Source: Selaginella moellendorffii (lineage: Eukaryota > Plantae > Lycopodiophyta). Taken from it: a DNA stretch of 64,000 bases. The notes below the pieces were generated by a model. It was not told the origin of the DNA, searched no databases, and saw only the letters and a list, made by a program, of their open reading frames with translations. The stretch lies in the NCBI RefSeq assembly GCF_000143415.4, contig NW_003314320.1, positions 881,231 through 945,230 of the forward strand, given 5' to 3'. The position numbers and the translations under genes are program-made. This document shows positions 25,847 through 37,669 of the stretch, piece after piece (positions within the stretch are counted from its first letter, which is position 1; each line of letters opens with the position of its first letter).

Positions 25847-26506
25847 TCAAATGGCTTCTGATATACCGTTCCATCTGCCATTTGGTTGATTTTCTACAGC
25901 CACCTCCTGGACTGGCCGGTTCTCTATCACCATCGCTCCAAGCCGTTTTGCAAGGTCCCCCAGAACATACAGTTTCTTCTCCCTAGTTTCCATACTGTAA
26001 GAGATGGGGTGCACTGCATATGTGTGCGTGTTCGCTGCAGTTTTAATCAGCGAGTCATCGATGATGAGGATTTCACTTGACCTAGCAGTCCGGTTCATCA
26101 CTACAGCCTCTGGCTTGACGAAGATGGGTTTGCTACCCCTCACATGGACCATAGTCAAGCAATCCTCCTGTGTTAGGAGAAAGTCAAATGGTAATATTAC
26201 TCGTGTCTGATCGTGCATCATTTGTAGCAACGTTAATGCATTGTGGCGCATCATGGATGTCCAAACTCCCAATTGCAAATTGAACCCAGCCCTCTGTTTT
26301 AAGTGTCGCATGGTCATTATTAGATCCCGCAGTTTTTCCCGTGTGATTAATGTGAATCTGTCTCTTTTGACCAACTTGCGACCGCAGGCTTTGGAGGGTG
26401 CAGTGACATTTGAGGACGAGCCACGCTCATGGGAGAAAAGGACACCGTTCAGATCAAAAACGATACAGTACCTTCGCCGTGACTCTGAAATGAAATGCGT
26501 CAGCAT
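25847..26506 (-). CDS. FCP1/NIF-like HAD-superfamily phosphatase domain; probably a 3' exon of the cargo gene
   Basis: IVFDLNGVL (motif I, with N in place of the second D), GVWTS (motif II) and LIIDDS..K (motif IV). A TTTCAG splice acceptor lies at ~26485-26490. Confidence 0.7.
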   Translation of the reverse strand: MLTHFISESRRRYCIVFDLNGVLFSHERGSSSNVTAPSKACGRKLVKRDRFTLITREKLRDLIMTMRHLKQRAGFNLQLGVWTSMMRHNALTLLQMMHDQTRVILPFDFLLTQEDCLTMVHVRGSKPIFVKPEAVVMNRTARSSEILIIDDSLIKTAANTHTYAVHPISYSMETREKKLYVLGDLAKRLGAMVIENRPVQEVAVENQPNGRWNGISEAI

Positions 26507-26565
26507 AAAAAATGGTACAAGTCAATTTTACCATCTACAATATTAGCGAATGGTGCTCCCGATGG

Positions 26566-29500
26566 TCATTGAGAGGGTTTTGGTCGAGGAAACGTGAAGG
26601 GCGGAAATACTCTCCTCTGTAATGTGGGGTCAATCGCATCCGATGGCGTGTGGGCACATGCTATTTCAGCTGTAGACTCTGGTACAACTGGCTCAATAGT
26701 GGCATGGGGTGGTTCCGATGGCGTGTGATCACACGCCATTTCAGCTGGTGCCTCCGTTGGCAAAGTGGACATGACCGAACAGGCAGCAGGGGCGGTGTAA
26801 GGAGGTTCCAACGGCGCGTAGTCAGACGATTGGGCACACGTTGAGTCCGTTGGAAATGAGGATACGACCGGCTCGGCGGCTGGGGCGGCCTCATGCGGGT
26901 CCAATGGCGCCTGGTCACCGTCAGTTGGATACGTGGACAAGATTGACTCAGTGGTATGGGTAGCATCAAGTGGAGCGTGGTCAGCTTGCTTGGCGTTGAT
27001 ATGGATAGTAGCCTCCACCGGCTCTGATGACTCTTGCAGGCAAGTAGAGTCCACTGGCGGATCCATATGCATGTCCAAATATCTCCCTTCGATTAAGATG
27101 GTATCCTCCCGTGCTACTAAAAACAAACTCATTAGCACATTGAATCGACTATACTGTATTTACCATCAACTGCTATTGAGGAACTAGGACCGATATCACT
27201 TGGGCGCACTGCTGATTCTGAAGGATTGGACATACGTTTCGACCCTTGCTTAGCACTATCCTTCCTCGACACTAAAGGCTAGAGTTTGTAAATTCAACTG
27301 AATAATCTCTACTTACCATTTGCTCTGCGACCTACATGGACAATGTTAGAAATGGTAAAAGGTTAGGAATGGATGTACTATTATTTACCTGATGGTTTGT
27401 CTTGTATGACCTTCCTCCGCTGCTCTTTGGCCACCTCAGGCTGGCCATTGTCGTCATCATCGTCGTCGTCGTTATTGTGATCGTCACCATTGTGAGGACC
27501 ATCCAAGTCCTCTTCGTCCTCCTCTTCTTCGTCCTCCTCTTCGTCCTTCTGCTCTTCCTGCTCATTATCTTTCTCTGGCTCCTCATCCCCCTCCTGCATT
27601 TCTTCCATAGGCTGCTCAGGCTGGATGGCTTGTTCTTCCAGGACCATCTTGGGAAAATCATCTGGCCGAGTCTCCATCTCAAAATACAAGACATCCATAG
27701 CTTGTTTTAGTGCGTGACCTAGGACCGTATCCTCACCCAACTGTCTTAACATGGTTTCTACACGTTCTTGCACCCTTCGAAGACGACGAGATGAGAAAAA
27801 CGTGGCCCTGACTTGAAAAACATCCCTCATCCATTGTACCTCTCCATTGAGATTGGGGAAGGGGAGTCCGCCATAGGAATCTGAGTCAGGAGGTGGTGAC
27901 TGGCTCCTTTCACTCAGCCCTTGATCTGCAATGAATGGCATGAGCACACACGCCATAACCGCGAGGCATTACCTATCATCTTTTCGTTGCCCTTCTTCCT
28001 TTTTGAATCAAACGCCTCTGATCCCGATGACTGTCCAACGTGCTTTCGCTTTTTATGACCACTGTCAGTTTGAGTTTGGCTGGTGCTTGCCTGTTTTGCC
28101 TTTGAAGAAGTGTTTCCTGCAAGGAATGGCATGAGACCACACGCCATTGCAAATATAATTTGTACCTCCTTTTTTCCTATTTCTTGTCTGTTTGTCCTTC
28201 TTCGACGCGCCACCAGTGCGCTTTTCAGTCCTCGTGTCTGAATATTCACAACGATCTATAATCAAAATGGCGTGAGGCCTCACGTGACCTTACCTTGTGC
28301 AGGTTGTGAGCTCGGCCCAACATGGGTATCTTCAACAGTAGCTGTTAACGCCGTTTCAGCATCTGGGGGTGGCCACGCTCCTGCATACAGAGCTTGTGAG
28401 ATAACATTTAAACTTAAAGTGCGTACTCACCAGGTTTACAGAGAAGATACTGTTTTTCTTTGGCAACTATAATTATATGCTCCATTGAAGTCACCTCTTC
28501 AATGGAGTTTGTCACCGCAACACACGGGACACCCTTGAGTAGTGCGGCTCAAAAGAATAGTCCGCCGCAGTTGTACTCGACAACGCATTTGCCCTTGGAG
28601 TCGGAAGTAGGTGACCCACCCGCTATTGCGTTGAAGACCCAGCTGAGCATTTCCCATGCTGCACCTGGAGCTTTCTTTGGATTCGAAAGCTCCATAGCCG
28701 TCTTCAGTTCCTCAGGCACGGGTAAATTGACCTCCCTCAGATCAATTCGATCGGCCTTGTCGAATGAAGTTGGGAAGTCACTCCAGTCCCACTCTGCTGC
28801 AGGACCAATAACAAGGGCGAGTGTGAAGATGCAGACATTCGTCGGTATCTTCTTTTTAGCCATTATCCCATGGATCTCCTGCATTTCCTTGCCTTTCAAC
28901 CAAGCCTTCACCTCGATCAAGGCCTTCCAGAACTTGTGATAGGATTCGGAGTCGTAGATCATATAGTGGACTAAAGATTCCACCTCCGCAAGTCCCACAA
29001 TTAAGTCAATGATGGAGCTGACTTCGTCTGCATGAGTGATCTCCTCGTTTGTGAAGTCCATCACACAAAAGATGTTCTTGACCTGCTCATCTCCGCGGGA
29101 AATGATGTTCCTCCACCTTTGATCCTCATCCGAATTCATGTATACCCGGTAAGGTTCTCGATAGGCCTCTGCTGCGGGGTTGAGCTGTTTCTGAAGCCGG
29201 CAGTCGACATCCCTTTTAATGAAATTTGGATACTGATCCAACTTCTCAGCTTTACTTTTCGTGGCATCCCGCAGCAGATCGATGAACTTGGGGGCCCCCT
29301 TCACGTACTCGTCGATGTCTTCATTTGACAACTCCAGCACTTCCATCATCTCTTGTGTGGTGTCGATGCTCACCCTCTCCACGGCCACTTGCTCGAAGAT
29401 CCAATCCTTCAATAGCGCACGAGCTCTCAGAGTCGTGCACAAGTCCTCGTATGTCACAATATGGCCGGGAGTCATTTTGGTCTTGTTGAAGACTACCTCA

Positions 29501-29842
29501 CCACGTAGAAGAGCATTAGCCACTGTCAGAAGGTCGTTGTCGTCTAGAGACCGCGAGAAACGCAAGGAAGCTGCTAGGATGTGCAAGGTGGATCTTGAAG
29601 GCGGACGTTGTCTCTACCACAAGTGCCAGTCCATATTCTTGCATGGAATTGCATGGAGTGTCTGTCACTTGGATGAGGATCCCCATGCATTCTTTTCTCC
29701 CACCATCTGTGTTGTATAGCCTCAGATCCTCGCCTTCCATCCCGAAAGTCCAACTGGTGAGCTCCTCCCCCTTCTCTGCATCCACATTGACAGTGGCTGG
29801 AAGAAGAACGCAATTCCTTGCCTGTTCAGAAATGCACAACAA
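26566..29842 (-). pseudogene. Cargo gene of copy B (Pro/Ala-rich, acidic and MTase-like exons) with a 1166-bp internal deletion
   Basis: Homologous to copy A 24-3853. The junction at ~29567 removes copy A 2413-3578. Confidence 0.72.
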
Positions 29843-32552
29843 TTAGAGCTGACAGATGAAAAGCTAGCAGCTGGAAATAACGTGAGGCCACACGCCATTC
29901 AGCACTGCATCAGATGTCTTGAGGCTGCATCCTAAGATGGCGTGAGGCTACACGCCATCTGTAACCGGACTGCACTCGAGAGCCCAATCGATGCATGCCA
30001 ATGTTGCTACTGAATGGCATGTGGCCTCATGCCATTTTCTACTAGGCCTAAAAGACTTACCATTTGAAGCCGAATGGAGGCGTGACAATCGAGGCTGAAC
30101 TCGCTGGCGAATGTGCACTGTGTGTGCAGCAGATCGTAGCAGCAAGGCTACTCTGCCACTTACAGTTGGAGAGTGGCGCTGAAATCTCCCGGGACGCCAA
30201 GTGGGCTGCGTGTGGGTGGTGGAGTGGGCGGCGGAGTTGGCGGCGAAGTTACAAACTGGGTGTGTCTTGAAGTGGACGCCGATGCACACGAGCGCGATGC
30301 GAGCGCGTGTGATGCAAGCGCGAGTGGACGCCGATGCATACGAGAAACCTGTAGAGAAGGTAGATGAGTGCGAATGTGAGCGTGATCGCGAGTGGGAGCG
30401 CGATGCGAGCGCGAGTACGAAGCAAAATGCAAAACCTAACCTCACATGCGCGAAATATCACGACGGTTGGTAATCCTGCCACGTCATCATTCCTCGGATT
30501 TGGGCGCCACCATTAATTTCTGGATCGCCGTGCGCATGCATGCATGTGAAATCCAAAAGAAATCCGCGACGTCATCATTCCTCGGACTGCATGCACGCGA
30601 AATCCAAAAGAAAGATCATGATTGGGATATCATTTAATACCCTCGCTATATTTATACCATGCATGATTGGATATTCCAAAGCATCTTGTATTTCCAAAAA
30701 TGCCAGATGTTCAGCTAAATAAAGAATGGTATACAAAAAATCCCAAAAAATGCACCAAAAAATGTTCAGCGTCATCTGGCGTTATCTCTTGAATGGCGTG
30801 GGGCCGCATGCCATTTTCAGGGGCACATAGGAGTATATTCCTAGGATATTCTGACACGCGCGAGATTTTTTTGAGTTTTCTGGAGATCCAACCGTTAGAT
30901 CGCAACTAGATTTTACAAAATGGTATACAATGTCTTTCTTGATGACCCTGCAAAGAAGCATCTTGATCGGACACCACATGAGACCACACGAGCCTTACAA
31001 TGTTTCAGGGGCATTTGCCATAGATCCGACCGTTATTTTGCTCCAAGATTTTACAGTTTGGTGTGCATTGACCTTTCCATCGACATTGCAAAGGGACATC
31101 ACAATCAGATGCGGGATCACAAGAAACTAACTTCACTAACTCTGGTTTCACCAAGATCTACGTAAGGAGTTATGAAATGAAAGGACCCTCTCTATTGAAA
31201 TGTGTTTATGGTCCTAGGGGCATTGTGACATATCAAAGGATTTTGCATCAAGTTCTGTATTTGCATGTTTATCAAGCTACTGAATTGCTAAACCCTAAAC
31301 CCTAAACATGTGGCAAATGCTGCATGAAGAAAGATGCCCTTTCTGGGTAAATGCTGTAAGAGGCAAATGCCGAGCAAATGTATCTCAGGCTAGCGAAGGG
31401 GACAAACGAAAGCTAGCTATAAACATGACGGGATGCAAATAGATTACTAAGCTGGTCCTACGAAAATCAAAAACCATAATTGAAAACATTGAAAATACAA
31501 AAAGACAGGTTTATAATATTTTTGAATTTTAAGCAACCAAAGGAATGTAAGTAGGGCATGTGTTTGTAAGTTTAAAAATGCCTCAACCACTTAAATTCCC
31601 AAGTAAATAAAGTTGTTTCTATTTTTGGTATAGGTAAACTTTATAGCGTGTGGGCTCATGCAATTTTGAACCCAAAAATGCACCAAAAAATGTTCGACTA
31701 ACATTATTCTTTGAATGGCGTGTGGCCTTATATTGCCATAAATGGGTGTACACACACAGCATAATTATTCCTTTACACGGCGAATAATCTTGGCACGGAT
31801 CGCTGATATGGCATGGCAAAGTTCGAATCACTGACATGGCACAGCTGGATCGAGGCAAGGACATGATGTGACAAAGTTCAACCTCCAACAGCAAAGTTTA
31901 GAAGCTACTCAGTTTGAAATTTGTCAAAGGAATCATAAGATCTAGTTTGTCAGAGGATTTGATATGATGTTCAAGCGTGTGTTATTTTTGAATTCTCAAA
32001 CTCATTCCTAGGTCTATCATTTTTGTGCGCCGTGTTCTTGGTTCCGCTGAGCGCAGTGAGCGCTGCTTGTGTAAGCGGCGTTGTGAGCTGTGGTTTATGC
32101 GTCTACGAGCGGTTGCGGCATTGCGAGCGCCATTGCGAGTGGCAGTTTATGCGAGTGGCAGTTTGTGCGAGTAGCAGTTTGTGCGAGCGGCGCTACGAGC
32201 AGTTGCGGTGTTGCGAGCGGCACTACGAGTAGTTGCGGTGTTGTGAGCGGCACTGTCTTTGGTGTGGCTACTGCTTCCTCTTGATATTTGGCACTTGTGC
32301 TTCCTGGTATGTTCACCATGGAATGGCTTAGGACCACATTTAGAAATGGCATGAGGCCACATGCCATCTTGGGCCCTTGCAATTTCATGGCTGTCATGTA
32401 TGTTTTTACTTGCCTGCAGCTGTATGTATATCAAGATGGCATGAGGCCTCATACCATTGTTGGCCCCTGCTAGCCTATTGCCATATTCCTTTTGCCTTGC
32501 TGCAACTGTACATATTTTTGTATGGTCTTAACTTCTTTTCTGCACTTTCAAA

Positions 32553-35500
32553 ATGGCCTTCAGGGTTGGGGAAAAGGTTTACATTTTGAATGGTGGGAAA
32601 AGAGTTGCAAAAGGGACCCTTGTGTCTATGGATCGGAACTTTGTTATACACTGTCAAGGGCTTGGGGAAGGCAATGCTGCTGTATCAGTAGAGACTGTCT
32701 TCGATGGGAATGTGGTCGCTATTGAACGAGGAGAGATGGTCGTCGGGGTAAATGTTGTTGTTGCCTTGAAAAATCTTTAGAAGAAAGCAGATGTTGGGGA
32801 TAGCGCAAGTGCGACGCATGTTCCCTCCATGGATCTTAAGAACCGTGCTACATGGATTCAGGCAAAGGTGTTTCTAAACAACCCTGAGGGGGAGGTGGTA
32901 GCTGAGGGCTTAGCCACAGTTGTCGATCCAAGAGATGCGGTTGCTAATCAAGAATTGGGCTGGGATGATATTGGAGTTGCGATTTTAGAGGTTGTTGACA
33001 CAGAAGAAAACAGTCTGACTATTGGAAGCATTGTGCGGTGGAAATTAAGGCACTTAGTGTTTGAGAATGTGAAGGATTCACAATCAAACACCACTACAAC
33101 TAATGACAGAACATCTCTTCATGGGAAAAGAAAGTACACCTTCCTAAAGCGCAGCCAAAGGGATCTGAGCAACGAACCAAAAAGGCAGAAAATGGCGATG
33201 GAGGTTCGAATGGTCTCAACAGTTGCTTGTTGCAAAAGGAGGTGCTGTCAACATGCTGATTGGGATGCTATTGAAGAGGAGAGAGCAAGATACAAGACAT
33301 TGTCCTGGAAGGCAGCTCGCAATTTTGTGTATGAGGCATTACGGTCATCTGTTGATGCTTCAGAACATCAGGTGGGGGGCATGGTCTTCTAGAGGGGTTT
33401 GGTCTGCATGAAGGCATAGAGAATCATTTATGGAGTCCCTCAAACCACATTCTACAGAATCAAAACTGAGTTCGAGGAACAAAGGGTTCAACAGGCAGTC
33501 CATGGGAACGATGGTACGCACAAAACCAGGGGTCATGTTGTATATGGAGAGGTAATCTTCAAGAGGTTTGTCGAGACATGTAGCGAGCAGCAACCACATA
33601 AAACCCGCCTCTTGGAAGATGGAACACGAGACACCCAACGAGTTCTCCCTTCCATGTATACCAAGGGGGCCATATTGGAATATGTGAATCGGGAACTCTA
33701 GAGTAATGGCTACAGGAAGTTGAGCCAATCTAGATTTAGTAGATTGTGGAGCAACAGGTTCAGGGATGTGAGTATAGGAAAGTACTCCAGCTTTTCAAAG
33801 TGTGACGAGTGCACTGCTATCAAAATGGCTTTGTCGAAGAATTCTTGCAGCGCTCAAGAGCGAGAGACGTTGATTAGAAGGCGGCTCGACCACAACATCG
33901 AGCAGAGAAGCTGCAGGACTGCATATTATCATAACAGGATTCTCTCCATGGAGAGACCTGACTCTTACCTCTGCATCATCCACGACAAAATGGACCAGAA
34001 AAATATGTGCTTACCTCGACTCAATCCTGCCCCCAAGGCAATCTCTTCATCCATGCAGCTGCCTGTGTCTCTGTTTGGCATAATTGCTCATGGGCATGGT
34101 GCCCAGAACTATGGGAACTTCTTTGTACCTCTATGGGGTGGCGGGGGTGCAAACATGATGATTGCATCCCTAGCAAAACACTTAAGGTCTCTGCAAAGTG
34201 CACAGACTGAGCTGAACGGCCAACCCTTGCATAAGGCCCTTGTCGATCGAACCCCATACAGGGTTCAGCTGGAGGAGGAGCAAAGGCTTGTAGTATCATT
34301 TGGGGCCCCATGCCATCCCAGTGAGTATGTTGGCCGTCAGATTGTAGGGTTATCACGTGAGGCCTCATGCCATTCTGACGAGGCTGGTCGCCCGGTGAAT
34401 GCACAGCCTCATCCAAACGAAGCAGAATCTCAAGGAAGTTCTTGCGGCCGATATGGCCTTCCACCCCATCTTCTGCTCCAAACAGACAATGCTGGCAGTG
34501 AGAACAAAAACATGTACGTCTTCGCGTACTTGGCGATGCTTGTTGCCAAAGGCATATTTGAAACGGTTACACTTGGCTTTCTCATGGTTGGGCACACTCA
34601 TGAAGACGTCGATGCCATGTTCAGTCACCTGGCAGAGTCCCTCCGGCGATCCAATGTCCTCACCCTCCCACAACTCTACGATGAACTCCAAAATTGCATC
34701 AAAGGCACTGTTGAAGCTGCACTTGTGACAGAGGTTCCAGACTTTAAGGGGTTTGTAAGAGGCTACATTAGGGACGGATCCGAAACATTGATTGGCCACT
34801 CGAAGCCTCTTCAGTTTCATTTCAGCATGCATGACGGTGCTCCAGTGATGAGGTACAAGATGAGAGAATGGGACATAGTGTGGCTGCCAGTGGACGGCAT
34901 TGAACTCTTCAAGAGAGATCCCATAACTGGGGAACCTATGATTCCTCAGGGTTCCCCACAGCCGATGCACCCGGATGGACTCAAAGACCAGGAAAGTATA
35001 GTGGCCGGGATTAGACAGCATATTGCCTTCTGGAAGAGGGGGTTGGTGTTTGGTGGAGAATCCTATTTTAAGAGGTGCAAGCCTTTGCTCGAATACTGGG
35101 AGAAGATTATATCTGCTATCCAAAATGGGCTGGTTGTATATGAAGAATTGGAAGAGTCCTTTTGGCCAGAACCCAGAGCACCAGATAGTAGCGGAACAAT
35201 GTCCTCTGGAAATGCAGTGACAGATAACGATGTTGAGGATCACTATTGTGGGCCGAGGAACAAGAAGCCGGATTCAGCATTCAATCCAGTACAAGTCTGC
35301 AAAGGAATGGTCGTGCTTGTCAGACCCAGTAATAAAAAACAAATGATATGGGTGGGGCGCTGCATCATTGATGCAGAGGAGGACGCGGAAACTAACTCCT
35401 TCAATGTAACTGTGGAGTGGTTCAAGCCAAGTTCCGGATATACGAAGGATTGCCTAGAAAAGAGATGGGTGCTGAATCCAAGGGATCCCAACATGAGCAT

Positions 35501-35621
35501 ATCGGTGGATAATGTTGTGCATGGTTGGATGTGGAAGCAGAGTGCCACCATCACCTTGCCAGACCATGCAAGAGATGCAGCAAGAGCATTCATAACCCGG
35601 GTTCAAGGTGAGATTCATTAA
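32553..35621 (+). pseudogene. Sola-type DDD transposase of copy B, 1022 codons with 4 in-frame stops
   Basis: Same motifs as copy A. Stops at 32778, 33390, 33417 and 33699; the 633-codon C-terminal part is open. Confidence 0.87.
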
Positions 35622-37669
35622 TATTCCTTTATTAAGTTTCTAATGTATTTTATTTCAAGGTGAACAATCCGAATCTGAATCAGAGGAGGCGTGATGGCAT
35701 GTGGCCTTACGCCATTCCTAGGTGAGATGATACAAATAACAAGTATAAATTCTTAGTTGTTCTAGCAAATCTTACTTAAAGTTCAAGGTGAACAAGCCGA
35801 ATATGAATTCATCGGATTTTTATAATAAATTGCGAGGTGATGGCATGAGGCGGTACGCCATTTGAGAGTGGTAGCCATTCCTATATGAGGTGAGTGAAAT
35901 ATTTATTAGAAATACCTCATTCAATTGTGCACTTCTAAGTCTTGGTCCACTTAGTACTGTTTGCATGTTTTTATTTTAATTCTTTCTCTAAAATGTTATT
36001 TAGCATGTGGCTTCATGCCATTGCTCTCCACAATCATGCATTGAATTTCTATCCTTGCATAATACTTCTCCATATATATAGCATGTGCGCACATGTGATA
36101 TGGTTCATTAGGCCTGATATAGTGTGTGAGGTAAAACAAAGATGATGTGACATATGCATTTACCAATCACACGTGCATAAATCTAATAATATGGCGTGTG
36201 ACCCATATTAATGGCACATAAACCCATATTGTGGGCTTACGTGCTTTATGTACCATCATTCCCTTACAGCGTGTGTGTTGGTTTCCTTTTATAACACAAC
36301 GAACTCCATATTTTAGGGTGAAGAGCGTTCTCATGGCAAGCACAAAATCTGTAAGTGAGGCAGAAAAGGAGACGGAGAAGGAGATAGGTGAAGATGTAGA
36401 ATATATAAGTCTTCCAAACTCCCCATACTATACTCCAGATGATCATTTTTCTGAACAAATGGCAACATTAACAACTATCGAGAACGCCCCAGTAATGTCA
36501 GAGACAACAATCCAAAGCAAAACAACTGACCCGGAGAAGGATGATAGTACCGCTGAGAGTACCAAAAAGGAGGTGTCCACTAGCGCTTAGGCTTATAATG
36601 GCGTGTGCCCTCATGCCATTTACTTGATCACCAAATACCTTTTTCTTTTTGCACTAGTATATCTTAATACTGGTCTGAGAAATAGAATGGCATGTGCCCT
36701 CAGGCCTTTTACTAAATCACCTTTGAAAGAAATGCAAGCCTCTATGTCGTAAAAAAAAGGTACTAGAGAAATTCCTTAATAATATGAATGTTATTTAGTT
36801 TCATGAAAATACACTAAGGGTCAAATGAGTTAAATGACTTCTCCAGACTAGCAATGCCTCTTGCTACACCTTCACAATTAGATTCGTTAGAAAAAGATAA
36901 CATTGAATAATATCTAAATGTTCTCACCATTAAGTTATATGTCTGGCTAATAGGAATGACGTTCATCTTGGAAAGCTCACCACACGCTCAATGAACAAAC
37001 AAATAGTGTGTGCGCGCATGCCATCGCTCTTCTTTAGCTTCAGATTCGGCTTGTTCACCTTGACAATGAGATTTATTATATAACCAGATGGACTCAGTCT
37101 GGACACAAAGTCACTGCGCTAGTCACCATGCCCCAGATATGTCTAGCCCCTGGACAAAAAACATATAATTTCACGTCATTTTCAAATACTTGAAAATTTG
37201 TACCTAGTCCCATTTTACTGAATAAATCCCACTTTAACGAAATAGAGCTTAATCCCCCAATTCTTGCCACATTCCTAACTCTCACCGGATTCCTGACCTG
37301 CAGACCACATTCCTGACTCTCGAGACACTTCCCTATTCCTGACTCTCGAGACACTTCCCAATTCCTGAGTCTTGAGCCACATTCCTGATGATGATGTGGT
37401 GCCTCCTCGACCTCAGCTATATTTAGGCCGTCCTCGATCCAAGAGTGGTGGAGCTTCATCAACCTATAGTATATATAGGTTAGCTTTGTTCCATTTCTCC
37501 ACAATCTGAATCAACGCTAGTCTAAGACCTTTTCTTTGTTTCCACTAGTTTTTCTCTTTGTCTTTTTGCATTTTCCAGTCTTGATCTTGTCAGGGGTCTT
37601 GACAGTAGCTTTTCTCTTTGTCTTTTTGCATTTTCCAGTCTTGATCTTGTTAGGGGTCTTGACACTCGG

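Larger units (their letters stand above)
25179..37250 (+). mobile_element. Large Sola-like DNA transposon, copy B, 12,072 bp, both ends present
   Basis: Perfect 24-bp TIRs AAGCTCTATTTCGTTAAAGTGGGA at 25179-25202 and 37227-37250. TSD AATC at 25175-25178 and 37251-37254. Removing it restores the LTR start TGTCAGGAATCCCCCAATTC. Confidence 0.96.
12329..37664 (+). mobile_element. Ty3/Gypsy chromovirus family A (Tcn1/Tf1-sushi-like), interrupted by two nested insertions
   Basis: TG...CA LTRs at 12329-12819 and 25168-25178+37251-37664. TSD CTCGG at 12324-12328 and 37665-37669. PPT GAGAAGGGGGTGC at 25155-25167. Gag-PR-RT-RH-IN-chromodomain order. Confidence 0.95.

Noticed and set aside
24-37250. The two ~11-kb blocks considered as a segmental duplication of host genes
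   Set aside because: Homology stops exactly at the TIR and the flanks differ. Copy B has its own TSD, so these are independent transposon insertions.
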